Assembly: GCA_963845145.1 (NCBI GenBank) | Contig: CAWJQU010000005.1 | Coordinates: 256,001 to 320,000 of the forward strand | Reading direction: 5' to 3' | Source of the DNA: an uncultured delta proteobacterium | GTDB taxonomy: Bacteria > Desulfobacterota > Desulfobacteria > Desulfobacterales > QNYZ01 | DNA length: 64,000 bases | In this document: in pieces, positions 38,560 to 49,107 of the stretch | Layout: the number at the start of each line of letters is the position of its first letter | How positions within the stretch are numbered: the stretch's first letter is position 1 | Translations under genes and position numbers: made by a program | Notes under the pieces: generated by a model | What the model was told of the DNA's origin: nothing | The model's database searches: none | What the model saw: the letters and a program-made list of their open reading frames with translations, nothing else

Positions 38560-38669
38560 ATATAGCGGTTTCGTATGCCGCCCACGATTCGATGTTATTA
38601 AATTTCGCCGATGTTTTTCAGAAGACAAGATAGTCGTAACCTATCACCAATGGGTCATGGTATTGATAA

Positions 38670-40064
38670 ATGAAAGACAAACAACATAAATATTATCAAC
38701 GCCTTAAGAAAAGGGGGCTTTCGCCTGACCGGGAAGATAAAATCCGGGCCGAGTTAAACGATACGCGTACCCACGAAATCCCGGAAGTTATCGAAAAGGC
38801 TGCAACAGGCACCTTCTCGCTGCAGCCAAATCATACCCATGCATTTCACGACCTTACTTTCCTCCAAAACATGCAGGCCCCTAAAAGTTCGTATACCACC
38901 TGCCTCAAGTCCATTGATGAACTTCTGGAAAGGGATAAGCAGAGGGAAAAGGACGGATTTCCACGAAAGATACGCGTCGGGCGGCTGATCAAACCGGGCA
39001 GAGGCGGCGCGGACCGTATTGTTGTGGTTCCCACGACGGTCGAAGAGAAATTCATCCATGACCCCTCGTTTTCACCGGAAGACGAGGAGGGGGATGCATC
39101 CGGGGGCACAGGCCAAGGTGAGGAAGGCGAAGTGATCGGCGAACAACCGGTTCACGAACAGGATGGCGAAAGCGGCGAAGGCCCCGGCGAAGGTGATAGC
39201 GGACAGCATGAGGTGGAGTCCAGTGCCTATGATCTGGGAAAAATCCTTTCGGAAAAATTCGAACTGCCCAATTTAAAAGACAAGGGTAAAAAACGGTCTC
39301 TCACGAGATACACCTATGACATGACCGATCGGCATCGGGGGTTCGGCCAGATTCTCGATAAAAAAGCCACGCTGCGCCAGGTCGTCGAGACCAATATACA
39401 TTTAGGAAATATTCCTGATGTCGGCGATATCGACCCCACACGGTTTCTCATCTCTCCCGCTGATCGGATATACCGTATCCTCTCTAAAGAAAAAGACTAT
39501 GAATCCCAGGCCATGGTCTTTTTTTTACGGGACTATTCCGGTTCAATGAGCGGCAAGCCGACGGAACTAATCGTTGCCCAGCATGTGCTTATCTACAGCT
39601 GGCTTTTGTATCAATATGACAGGCAGGTGGAATCCCGATTCATCCTACACGATACCGAGGCCAAAGAGGTTGCCGACTTTTATACCTATTACAACTCAAA
39701 AGTGGCCGGCGGCACTAAAGTGGCATCGGCGTTTAAGCTTGTCAATGAGATCGTGGAAAAGGAAAACCTCGTCCAGGACTACAATATTTATGTATTTCAC
39801 GGTACCGATGGAGACGATTGGGACACCGAGGGAGAAGAAACCATACCGGAAATAAAAAAAGTGTTGGCCTATGCCAACCGCGTGGGGATAAGTATCGCTG
39901 CTCACGCGACGGGGTTTGGTAGTAAAACAACTGAAGTTGAAAAATATTTGAAGAACTCCAAGCTTTTACAAAAACAACCCAAACTTATACGTCTTGACGT
40001 CATGGACAAAGATGCCGACGAATCCCGGCTCATCGAGGGTATAAAGAAACTTATCGGCGAATAG
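38670..40064 (+). CDS. YeaH/YhbH (DUF444) vWA-like protein
   Basis: Gly/Glu-rich GEGPGEG...HEVE linker, DYSGSMS MIDAS, GGTKVASA, FHGTDGDDW. Confidence 0.9.
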   Translation: MKDKQHKYYQRLKKRGLSPDREDKIRAELNDTRTHEIPEVIEKAATGTFSLQPNHTHAFHDLTFLQNMQAPKSSYTTCLKSIDELLERDKQREKDGFPRKIRVGRLIKPGRGGADRIVVVPTTVEEKFIHDPSFSPEDEEGDASGGTGQGEEGEVIGEQPVHEQDGESGEGPGEGDSGQHEVESSAYDLGKILSEKFELPNLKDKGKKRSLTRYTYDMTDRHRGFGQILDKKATLRQVVETNIHLGNIPDVGDIDPTRFLISPADRIYRILSKEKDYESQAMVFFLRDYSGSMSGKPTELIVAQHVLIYSWLLYQYDRQVESRFILHDTEAKEVADFYTYYNSKVAGGTKVASAFKLVNEIVEKENLVQDYNIYVFHGTDGDDWDTEGEETIPEIKKVLAYANRVGISIAAHATGFGSKTTEVEKYLKNSKLLQKQPKLIRLDVMDKDADESRLIEGIKKLIGE

Positions 40065-40147
40065 AAGGGACTTTAATTTTGAAACCACTTCCTCTCCATA
40101 TGACTTTAGGCAGAGCCATAAACCGCCACCAACTTCGGGTTTAGCCT

Positions 40148-41800
40148 ATGGAACTCATCAATCAACATACCAAAAAAATTATGGAGGGGTGCAAGGAAAG
40201 GGCCCTATCCGCAGGGTTGCGGTTTGAGAGCGAAACACTGGAATACATCGTCACCAATCGGGACCTGTTGGAACTGTCACCAAAATTGATGATTCCCACC
40301 CTTTACGATTATTGGGTACAGGACGTTGAGGTCTTAAAAGAGAAAGGAAAGTACGAACTATACCCCTCCAACCCGTATGAAACCGTCATCAACACCCGGC
40401 CGGCGATCTCGTTTTACAATGATAACAATCCCGACTGGCTGAACGTTATGATTTTCTACCACGTGCTGGCTCATATCGACTTCTTCCAGAACAACCTGTT
40501 TTACCGGCACACCTGGGATTATGATTTTACCGGCCAAGCCCTTTCTGATAAACGCTTAATTGCCAAAATCAGGGCTAAAAAGGGAAGATGGGTCGATTAT
40601 ATTATCGAATTCGCCCGCAGTATCGATAATGTGGTGGGGTACCATAGTGAATTGTCCCGGCTGAGTTTTCCGCCCCCTAAACTGGAGTCCAAACGGATTG
40701 ATTTTTATTTTGATGTATTTTTGCAGCAAATCAAAAAAGTAAGAATCAGCGGATATCTCAAAGAAGTGGATCGATACAACCAATGTCTCCAACAGCACAA
40801 AGAGAGAGGCGAAGAAATATTTTTTACCGATGTGGAGGCCGAACACCCGGAGTTTGAGGCTCTTTTTAAGAAAAGCCTTGGCAAACAGCCGGAGCACCAA
40901 ATGGATCTGATCCAATTTTTATTAGCCCATTCGCCGGTCTTAAAAAAAGAGACCAATCGGTGGATGATTCCGATCTTGATGGTGGTGCGCAAAACATCAT
41001 TGTTTTTTCAACCCCAGATTCGAACTAAAATAATGAATGAGGGGTGGGCCAGTTATTGGCATGAAACGCTGTTTTTACAAGATGATCGCATCAAGGGGAA
41101 CGAAGTTGATTTTGCCAGGATCAATGCCGGGGTGACATCCATGCCCCGGGTAGGATTAAATCCCTACGCGTTGGGAATGCGCCTGTTTTATTTTATGGAA
41201 GAGATGTCCGATAAGGGAAAATATGATTTTGAATTTGAGCTGCTTCGGGATGGAAACCAGCGCAAAAAGTATGACAAAAAAACCGAAAACGGGCGGGACT
41301 TTATTTTTAAGGTCCGGGAAAACTATTCGGATTTTCTCTTCATCAATAACTTTGTTGATCAGGATTTTATCAATCGTCACAACCTCTTTGTGGCCGGTAA
41401 AAAATTGGATAAACAGCGGATGGTGTGGCAATACTATGTCAAAAGCAGAAAACGAGACGACTATCGGCAGATGATTCTGAATACGTTATACCATCCCCCT
41501 TATATCACGATTGATACGGACCAAACAAATGACCAGAGCCTGCATCTTGTGCACCACTTTGAACAAAAGCCGCTGGTCAGGGATTTTATTGCCAACACAA
41601 TGATGGGAATCGAATATCTATGGGGAGGGACGGTCCAGCTGGAAACCAGTGAGGCTGTCCTCGCTTCGCCTTCTCCGATTCCTTTTGCCGCCGGTGGGCC
41701 GGCGCCATCCCAGGATGAAGTCCAGACCAAGCCGATAAAGTGGCAACGCGTTCAATATACAATGGAAAATCGTAAGCTTTCCCGAAAAGTTTTGGAATAA
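40148..41800 (+). CDS. spoVR: SpoVR/YcgB family protein
   Basis: YETVIN, HVLAHIDFFQNN, PQIRTKIMNEGWASYWH, NPYALG. Confidence 0.92.
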   Translation: MELINQHTKKIMEGCKERALSAGLRFESETLEYIVTNRDLLELSPKLMIPTLYDYWVQDVEVLKEKGKYELYPSNPYETVINTRPAISFYNDNNPDWLNVMIFYHVLAHIDFFQNNLFYRHTWDYDFTGQALSDKRLIAKIRAKKGRWVDYIIEFARSIDNVVGYHSELSRLSFPPPKLESKRIDFYFDVFLQQIKKVRISGYLKEVDRYNQCLQQHKERGEEIFFTDVEAEHPEFEALFKKSLGKQPEHQMDLIQFLLAHSPVLKKETNRWMIPILMVVRKTSLFFQPQIRTKIMNEGWASYWHETLFLQDDRIKGNEVDFARINAGVTSMPRVGLNPYALGMRLFYFMEEMSDKGKYDFEFELLRDGNQRKKYDKKTENGRDFIFKVRENYSDFLFINNFVDQDFINRHNLFVAGKKLDKQRMVWQYYVKSRKRDDYRQMILNTLYHPPYITIDTDQTNDQSLHLVHHFEQKPLVRDFIANTMMGIEYLWGGTVQLETSEAVLASPSPIPFAAGGPAPSQDEVQTKPIKWQRVQYTMENRKLSRKVLE

Positions 41801-41910
41801 TAGCGTAAGCCTTGTAACCAAAATTATTTAGCGGCAATTTAGGCTGTGTTGGAAAACATACGCATGGGTCGGAAAACCGTCCGACGTGGCAAATAATAAA
41901 AGAGTATCAC

Positions 41911-44250
41911 ATGGAAAACATTACCCAAGCGATGGCTTATTTAACGCAGAGTCTGAGTCAAAAAGACCAGCGTGCGCCCATCCCGTTTGAAACATTTATC
42001 AAGCTGGTGTCTGCCGACCCCAAGGCCACGGTCCGTAATGTGTTTCAGGTCTTTTATGACATGGTTAAAAGCTATGTGGGTGAAGGGGTTGAGGAATACC
42101 CCGGGGACACCAACTCGGTAAAATTTGTCCATTATGATTGCAACCCACTATTCGTCGACGGTTCCGATAACCCTTTTTTCGCCGACCGGCTTTTTGCCAA
42201 CCGTCTGATGGGCCATGTTGAGGCCATGCGAAGCGGCGCCCAGCAGAACAAGATTTATATATTTGACGGCCCACCCGGATGTGGAAAAAGTACTTTTTTA
42301 AATAACCTTTTAAAAAAATTTGAGGAGTATGCCAATACCGAGAAAGGCACCCGGTATGAAGTGGTTTGGCGATTGAACCGTAAAAAACTGAATGATTTTA
42401 AAGATACGGAAACCAACCCTATCCTTGAACAACTGGTCCGGCTGCTGGGGGCGGCTGCTACAAACCGGGAGGAATCTTCACGCCACAAATCGCCATCGGA
42501 TCTTCCCGGCGACCCAGAGCAATTGTTGGTCGATAGCGGTAAAAGCAACCATGCATCCGACTACGTGGAGGTTCCCTGCCCCAGCCATGACAACCCTATT
42601 CTTATGGTACCTAAAAGATACCGCCGTAGTTTTTTCGATGAATTGTTTAAAAATGACGAATTTAAGTGGAATCTGTTTGCCAATAAGGAATACGACTGGG
42701 TATTTAAAGATAAGCCCTGCACGATTTGCAGCACCATTTTCCTGGCGCTTTTAAATCAATTGGAAGATTCGGACCAGGTTTACGATATGCTCTACGCCCG
42801 CCCTTATCGATTCAACCGTCGTTTGGGTGAGGGGATCAGCGTATTTAATCCGGGCGACAAACAGTTAAAACAGTACTTTGTCGGCAATCCCAGGCTACAG
42901 CGCCATATTAACAGTCTGCTTCAAAGCAGCAGAGAGATCAATTATATTTTTTCGCGCTACGCCAAGACCAACAACGGGATCTATGCCCTCATGGATATCA
43001 AATCCCAAAACACCGATCGAATGATCGAACTGCACAATATTATCAGCGAAGGTGTCCACAAGGTTGAAGATATCGAAGAGAACGTCAACTCCTTGCTGGT
43101 AGCGGTCATGAATCCTGAAGATAAAAAAAATATCCAGAATTTCAAATCCTTTTTCGACCGCATCGAATATATAAAAATACCTTATGTCATGGACCTGCAA
43201 ACGGAGGTGCAGATCTACCGCAGTATTTTCGGCCGCCATATTGAAGATAGTTTCCTACCCATGGTGTTGCACAATTTTGCCCGGGTCATTATCGCCTCCC
43301 GGCTGAACACCCGCTCCGAAGGGATGCTGGAATGGATTGGCGATCCGGAAAAATATAGCCCCTATTGCGACAAAAATCTTCTACTGCTGAAGATGGAGCT
43401 TTTTACCGGATTTATCCCCAGATGGCTTAAGGAAGAAGACCGAAAATCTTTTACGGCCAAGCGCAGAAGGCAAATCCTGGCCGAGTCGGAGAAGGAAGGT
43501 GAGAAGGGGTTTTCCGGTAGGGACTCTATCAAACTGTTTAACGAATTTTACACGACCTATGCCAAAGACGGCAAACTCATCGATATGGGCATGCTATGTA
43601 ATTTTTTCACACAAGTGCGCAAAGACCTCTCAAAATCCATTCCCGAAGGATTCATCGATTCGCTGTGTCAAATGTATAATTACCGTATTTTGCAATTGGT
43701 GAAGGAATCGCTTTACGAATACAATGAGGAGCAGATTTCCCGGGATATTCAGAATTATCTGTTTGCTTTAAACTTTGAAACCGGATCCACGGTAACCAAT
43801 ACCTTCACTGGGGAAAAACTGGAAATTACCGAGGATTTCTTTGACGGTATTGAAAATCGCCTGCTGGGTACAAAGGTGAATCGCCAAAAACGGTTATCAT
43901 TTCGAAAAGAGACGCAAAAAGAATATACATCCAGCACCCTGACGCAGGAGATCATGGTACAGGGCGTGCCGTTGACGGAAACGAAGCTGTACCAGGATCT
44001 GTATGACCAATACGTTTATAATCTTAAAGAAAAAGTTCTCGATCCATTTTTGGAAAATGAAAATTTCCGCCGCGCCATTAAGGACTACGATAAAGACGGA
44101 TTTAAAACCTACGACAAGAAAATCAGGGACGATGTTGTCTTTTTAATGAATAATCTGTGCGAGAAATTGAACTATACCAAGCAGGGGGCCAAGGAGGTCT
44201 GTATGTACGTTATCGACAACGACCTGGCCAAGACTTTTGCTAAAAGCTGA
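41911..44250 (+). CDS. Second PrkA/YeaG-family AAA+ protein
   Basis: Walker A GPPGCGKST, CPSHDNP, DRIEYIKIPY, EGEKGFSGR. Confidence 0.85.
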   Translation: MENITQAMAYLTQSLSQKDQRAPIPFETFIKLVSADPKATVRNVFQVFYDMVKSYVGEGVEEYPGDTNSVKFVHYDCNPLFVDGSDNPFFADRLFANRLMGHVEAMRSGAQQNKIYIFDGPPGCGKSTFLNNLLKKFEEYANTEKGTRYEVVWRLNRKKLNDFKDTETNPILEQLVRLLGAAATNREESSRHKSPSDLPGDPEQLLVDSGKSNHASDYVEVPCPSHDNPILMVPKRYRRSFFDELFKNDEFKWNLFANKEYDWVFKDKPCTICSTIFLALLNQLEDSDQVYDMLYARPYRFNRRLGEGISVFNPGDKQLKQYFVGNPRLQRHINSLLQSSREINYIFSRYAKTNNGIYALMDIKSQNTDRMIELHNIISEGVHKVEDIEENVNSLLVAVMNPEDKKNIQNFKSFFDRIEYIKIPYVMDLQTEVQIYRSIFGRHIEDSFLPMVLHNFARVIIASRLNTRSEGMLEWIGDPEKYSPYCDKNLLLLKMELFTGFIPRWLKEEDRKSFTAKRRRQILAESEKEGEKGFSGRDSIKLFNEFYTTYAKDGKLIDMGMLCNFFTQVRKDLSKSIPEGFIDSLCQMYNYRILQLVKESLYEYNEEQISRDIQNYLFALNFETGSTVTNTFTGEKLEITEDFFDGIENRLLGTKVNRQKRLSFRKETQKEYTSSTLTQEIMVQGVPLTETKLYQDLYDQYVYNLKEKVLDPFLENENFRRAIKDYDKDGFKTYDKKIRDDVVFLMNNLCEKLNYTKQGAKEVCMYVIDNDLAKTFAKS

Positions 44251-44259
44251 CCATAGGGT

Positions 44260-45291
44260 CTATAATGCCATCATTGAATGGTTCTTACCCGCTGACGGGT
44301 TTAATTCTTTCTCCAGGTGCCGCAGATTCTTGATGTCGCCTACGGCAATTACCGTGTCGCCTTTCTGAATACGTGATTCAAAAGAGGGATTGAACAGCAT
44401 ATTGTCGTCATCTTTTTTGATGGCGATGATGATCAGGTTAAACCGCTGGCGAATACCCGAATCTTTGAGCATGACATCAATGAGCTTGGAATCGGATCCG
44501 ACAGGAATTTCTTCCATCTGGATATCGGTCCGCTTTTGAGCAAATGCGAGATCGAGGAAACTGGTGACCGCCGGCCGGATAATTCGCTGGGCCATGCTGG
44601 CTGCGCCCATTTCATATGGCGATTCCACCTTATTGGCGCCGGCAGCGCGCAACTTATCTTTGGATTTAACCTCCCCGGCCCGGGCCACGATAAACAGCTT
44701 TGGTTTTAGCTGCCGCGCGGTGAGAACCAAAAAGACGTTCTCTGCGTCCGATCCAAGGGCGGCTACAAGTCCTTTGGCCCGCTCAATGCCGGCTTTAATC
44801 AGATTGTCTTCATCGGTGGCATCTCCGGCGACATACAGCATATTGTCTTGATCCATGATGGGAATGATTTCCGGATTATTATCCACCACCACCAGATCAA
44901 TGGGGTTACCTTCCAATTCCCGGCACAGCACCCGACCGATGCGCCCATATCCACAGACGATATAGTGATCTTTCATGCGATTAAGTTTGCGATCCAATCT
45001 TCTCCTCCCCAAAATCGTTCGAATACGGCCTTCCACCATAAATTGTACGATGGCCCCTGCCACGTAAACGCTAAAACCAACGCCGATGACGACAAGAAAT
45101 ACGGTAAAAATGCGGCCACCATCGCTTAACGAATGAACTTCCGAAAACCCTACGGTGGAAAGGGTGATAGCGGTCATATAAATCGCATCGATCAGGTTCC
45201 AGCCCTCAAGCAGGATGTAACCGAGGACGCCAAAGGCGAAAGTGCCCAAGGCCAAGGATATCGAAATTCGAAGGTGTCGGGTACGGTCCAT
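44260..45291 (-). CDS. Potassium channel with TrkA-N/TrkA-C (RCK) domains
   Basis: TLSTVGF selectivity filter, CGYGRIG, GDAT, AGANKVESPY. Confidence 0.92.
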   Translation of the reverse strand: MDRTRHLRISISLALGTFAFGVLGYILLEGWNLIDAIYMTAITLSTVGFSEVHSLSDGGRIFTVFLVVIGVGFSVYVAGAIVQFMVEGRIRTILGRRRLDRKLNRMKDHYIVCGYGRIGRVLCRELEGNPIDLVVVDNNPEIIPIMDQDNMLYVAGDATDEDNLIKAGIERAKGLVAALGSDAENVFLVLTARQLKPKLFIVARAGEVKSKDKLRAAGANKVESPYEMGAASMAQRIIRPAVTSFLDLAFAQKRTDIQMEEIPVGSDSKLIDVMLKDSGIRQRFNLIIIAIKKDDDNMLFNPSFESRIQKGDTVIAVGDIKNLRHLEKELNPSAGKNHSMMAL

Positions 45292-45595
45292 TTAATATTC
45301 GGTGGTGGCAGTTTGATTTGGCAATATTTTTCCTTGTTTCACGCAAAGTACACTTTGTATCGGAACAAAATCAAGGCTTTTCAAAAGTATATTTTCTACC
45401 AACAGATTGATCAAATTGAATTCCGGGCCCACACCCCCAGATATGTATGGATACCTATAGTTAGCTATGGATACCGTTTGACACCAATTACACATTGGCC
45501 TACAATTTGCCTATAATTTGCCATTGGTAAAAACAGAATATGTTCGGGGTTACCCAACAAAACCGCCACCAATTCTCATCGATCGGTTCAGGTTT

Positions 45596-46468
45596 ATGTT
45601 TTTATTAAAATCTGAAAATCTGGATCTGCAACTGGAGATCGTGCCGGTATCCACGTTAATTCAGCATGAAGAAATTATTGCCACGGTGAGCCGGCGTCTC
45701 ACCATGGAGTTTGCCAACCTCAGTTATTTGCGACATCCGGTGATTGTAGAAAAAAATAATATCGTTCTGGATGGCAACCACCGGGTCACCGTGTTTAAAA
45801 AATTAGGTTTTCGATTCATACCGGTTTGCCGCATCGACTATTTCAATCGATACGTCAAGCTACGCTACTGGTTTCGGGTGCTGAAAAACGTAAACGATCC
45901 GATGACACTGACATCCTTGATACACGAAATGGATGGTCGACTGGTAACACTTCCCACCAAAGAGGCCCTGGTTGACACATTGGCAACCCATGATTTCAGT
46001 CTGGGCATTCAACAGGGGAATCGCTATCAATGCGTGCGTTTTTCTAACCGGCAGGTTGCCGATGCCGTCACGTCCTATCAGATTCTGGAAAAGCTGCAAA
46101 ATAGGTTGATAAAACGAAACGTAACGCTTCAATACGTACCCTGTGAATCAATCCGCGGAGATGATGAATGCGAGGCGGTAGGCCCTGAGGATGTGATTAT
46201 CTGGACGCCGCAGATCGGAAAAGATATGATCGTTACCGCCGCCCGGGACGACCGGATTTTCGCTCCTAAAACGACGCGCCATTTAATTCCGGCACGACCG
46301 CTAAACATCAATATCCCTGGGAACTGGCTCAAGGAAGACGTCTCGCTGGAAGATATTAACAAACGTCTATTGGACCATTTAGCAGCCAAACGGATTCGCA
46401 AATTCGGCCCTGGGCAAGTCATTAATGGCAGATTTTATGGTGAAAAATTATTTGTGTTTTACGATTGA
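45596..46468 (+). CDS. SerK-like free serine kinase (ParB/Srx fold)
   Basis: QHEE, PVIV, VLDGNHR, IDYF...VKLRYW, IFAPKTTRH motifs resembling archaeal SerK; start at ATG 45596 (TTG 45518 also possible). Confidence 0.75.
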   Translation: MFLLKSENLDLQLEIVPVSTLIQHEEIIATVSRRLTMEFANLSYLRHPVIVEKNNIVLDGNHRVTVFKKLGFRFIPVCRIDYFNRYVKLRYWFRVLKNVNDPMTLTSLIHEMDGRLVTLPTKEALVDTLATHDFSLGIQQGNRYQCVRFSNRQVADAVTSYQILEKLQNRLIKRNVTLQYVPCESIRGDDECEAVGPEDVIIWTPQIGKDMIVTAARDDRIFAPKTTRHLIPARPLNINIPGNWLKEDVSLEDINKRLLDHLAAKRIRKFGPGQVINGRFYGEKLFVFYD

Positions 46469-46502
46469 TCATTGCGTTAAATCGACAATAAAAGAGAAAC
46501 AG

Positions 46503-47786
46503 ATGAAACCTCAAAAAAATAGAAGTAAACGGATCATACTCTCAGCCGTGGGCATCGACGCACCCGGCCTGGTTTCCAAAATTACCACACGCATATTTAA
46601 TTTGGGCGGTAATATAATCGATGTAGAAGAGACCTGTCGCCGGGGATTGTTTTCCATTTTTCTAATCATTGATTTTACCCAGGCAGCGGCTTCCATCGAA
46701 GCGTTGGTTAATGAACTCGAAAAAGTTGAGAAGGAAACCGGCTTGAAGGTAATGGTGCGGGGCTACGATCAGCAGGACATCAAATTTTTGCCCACTCAAA
46801 TCGACCATTTGGTGACAGTGATCGGTGTTGACCGGCCGGGTATTATCTCTAAGATATCCACTTTCTTTACCCAAAAAAGGATAAATATTGAAAATTTAAA
46901 AATGATTGCCCGGGGTGATTTTTTTTCAATGGAGCTCATTATCAATGCCGGTAATATGACCGTTGACAGTGCCGCATCACCTGATAGTGCTTTTGAGGCC
47001 ATGAAATCGGAACTCAAGGACCTCTGCGCGGCATTGGATTTAAGTGTCGTGATTCAAAGTGAAAATATTTATCGGCGGACCAAAAAACTCGTGGTGTTCG
47101 ATGTGGAATCGAGTTTGGTTCGCCAACAATCTTTGCATCGGTTTTTGAAAAGGATTAAAGATCGGCTAAAGGGCCTGGGCCCAGTGCCTCAATTTCCCAA
47201 AGGTCAAAAAATCCAATCTCACGCCCTGGTTGAAGCGGCGAAAAGTTTAAAGGGTATCCCCATTAAAGAATTTGAAAAATTTAGCGAAATCCTACAAATC
47301 AATCCGGGAACATATGAGTTGATCACGATTTTAAAATCAATGGGATTTAAAATTGCACTAATCTCTTCCGGCCTCAATTTTTTTGTAAAGCGAATATTTG
47401 AAGTGGCCGGCGTGGATTACGCCTTTGCAAATTCTCTTCGTATCGATGAAGACGGAATGACCACCGGAGAGCTTCAGGAGCCGATCATTGCCGAAGACAC
47501 CAAAAGTGATGTGCTGGATTTTATCTTAAGCGTGGAAGATGTTCAACCTGACCAGGTGATCGCCGTGGGTGACGGCACGCTTTGTGCCCATTCCATTAAA
47601 AAAGTCGGGCTCTCTATTGCCTTTCAATCCGAAGCGTTGCAATCCGGGCAAGAGAGCAAGAATACCGACGGCATAATAAAAAGCGATAATATCTTTAATA
47701 TTTTGTATTGCCTGGGAATTTCCAAAGGGGAACTGGATCACTACTTTGACCAATCCGGTGTTCCCAATGGAAACCGAACAACATAA
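46503..47786 (+). CDS. ACT-ACT-HAD SerB-like protein with degenerate catalytic motifs
   Basis: ACT GIDAPGLV and GVDRPGII; KLVVFDVESSL, ISSG, FANSL, VGDGTLC. Confidence 0.8.
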   Translation: MKPQKNRSKRIILSAVGIDAPGLVSKITTRIFNLGGNIIDVEETCRRGLFSIFLIIDFTQAAASIEALVNELEKVEKETGLKVMVRGYDQQDIKFLPTQIDHLVTVIGVDRPGIISKISTFFTQKRINIENLKMIARGDFFSMELIINAGNMTVDSAASPDSAFEAMKSELKDLCAALDLSVVIQSENIYRRTKKLVVFDVESSLVRQQSLHRFLKRIKDRLKGLGPVPQFPKGQKIQSHALVEAAKSLKGIPIKEFEKFSEILQINPGTYELITILKSMGFKIALISSGLNFFVKRIFEVAGVDYAFANSLRIDEDGMTTGELQEPIIAEDTKSDVLDFILSVEDVQPDQVIAVGDGTLCAHSIKKVGLSIAFQSEALQSGQESKNTDGIIKSDNIFNILYCLGISKGELDHYFDQSGVPNGNRTT

Positions 47787-47858
47787 TTGGGACTTGATCC
47801 TATTTTCAGTGTCGTCATGCTTGACGCATTTAGAGGCAATTGATAGTAGTTAGAAGTT

Positions 47859-48515
47859 ATGATCAGAAGCGCATACACCCATGACCGTCTTCGTGAGGAG
47901 ATGGTTAAAACCCAGGTTGAAGCCCGTGGCGTTACCGACCCCAATGTCATAACTGCCATGCGGGTGATTCCTCGTCATGAATTTGTGAGCGAAGCGTTCG
48001 TGGACCAGGCGTACGATGATCACCCCCTGCCCATTGGGGAGCAACAGACCATTTCCCAGCCTTACATTGTGGCTGAAATGACCCAGGCACTTTCTTTGAC
48101 TACCGAAGATCGGGTTTTAGAATTGGGTACGGGGTCGGGATATCAGGCCGCCATTCTGGCCCGAATTGCCTATCGCGTCTATACGGTTGAACGGATTCAT
48201 AGTCTGTATCTCAAAGCCCGCAAACTGTTTGACAGACTCGGGTATCATAATATCGTTTCGCGATATGCGGACGGTACCATTGGATGGCAAGAGGAGAGCC
48301 CTTTTGATGCCATCATTGTCACTGCCGGAGCTCCAAAAGTACCCCCCGGCCTGATAAATCAACTCGCTATCGGGGGCCGTATGATCCTTCCTGTCGGAAA
48401 TCAGTCCACCCAGGAGTTGGTAAAGCTGGTTCGCGATGAAGAAGGTATCCATCAAACCCGCCTGGGTGGATGCCGATTTGTCAAACTTGTCGGAGAGCAT
48501 GGCTGGGAAAAGTAA
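47859..48515 (+). CDS. pcm: Protein-L-isoaspartate O-methyltransferase
   Basis: LPIGEQQTISQPY, LELGTGSGYQAA, FDAIIVTAG, CRFVKL. Confidence 0.96.
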   Translation: MIRSAYTHDRLREEMVKTQVEARGVTDPNVITAMRVIPRHEFVSEAFVDQAYDDHPLPIGEQQTISQPYIVAEMTQALSLTTEDRVLELGTGSGYQAAILARIAYRVYTVERIHSLYLKARKLFDRLGYHNIVSRYADGTIGWQEESPFDAIIVTAGAPKVPPGLINQLAIGGRMILPVGNQSTQELVKLVRDEEGIHQTRLGGCRFVKLVGEHGWEK

Positions 48516-49096
48516 TGTTTAGACGACTCTACGACTGGATCCTTCACTGGGCAAATACGCCGTATGGGACCTGGGCATTGTTTTTGCTCGCTTTTGCCGA
48601 ATCATCCTTTTTTCCGATTCCACCCGATCCGTTACTCATCGCCCTGGCCGTCGCCCGCCCCCAAAAGGCATTAACCTTTGCACTGGTTTGTTCGGTTGGG
48701 TCCGTATTGGGCGGCTGCGTGGGTTATCTGATCGGATGGCAATTTATGGCAGCCATTGGTGATCGGATTGTGGCTTTGTACGGCCTGTCCGATAAAGTAG
48801 CCTACATTGAGAATCTGTATAATCAGTATGACGCCTGGGCAGTTGGGGTTGCCGGTTTTACACCCATCCCTTACAAGGTGTTTACCATTGCGGCGGGTGC
48901 GTTCAAGATTAACTTTCCCGTATTTGTGATCGCCTCCGTTTTGTCCCGTTCGGCCCGCTTCTTTCTCGTTGGCGGCCTCATCCGCCTATTTGGCGAAACG
49001 ATCCAAGCCTATATCGAAAAGTATTTCGATATTCTCGTCGTGGTTTTTACCGTCCTCCTGGTTGGCGGCATGGTAGCGATCAAGTTTCTTTTTTAA
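48515..49096 (+). CDS. YqaA/DedA-family membrane protein
   Basis: AESSFFPIPPD, GFTPIPYKVFTI, SRSARFF; overlaps the pcm stop. Confidence 0.92.
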   Translation: MFRRLYDWILHWANTPYGTWALFLLAFAESSFFPIPPDPLLIALAVARPQKALTFALVCSVGSVLGGCVGYLIGWQFMAAIGDRIVALYGLSDKVAYIENLYNQYDAWAVGVAGFTPIPYKVFTIAAGAFKINFPVFVIASVLSRSARFFLVGGLIRLFGETIQAYIEKYFDILVVVFTVLLVGGMVAIKFLF

Positions 49097-49107
49097 GGGT
49101 TTGCACG

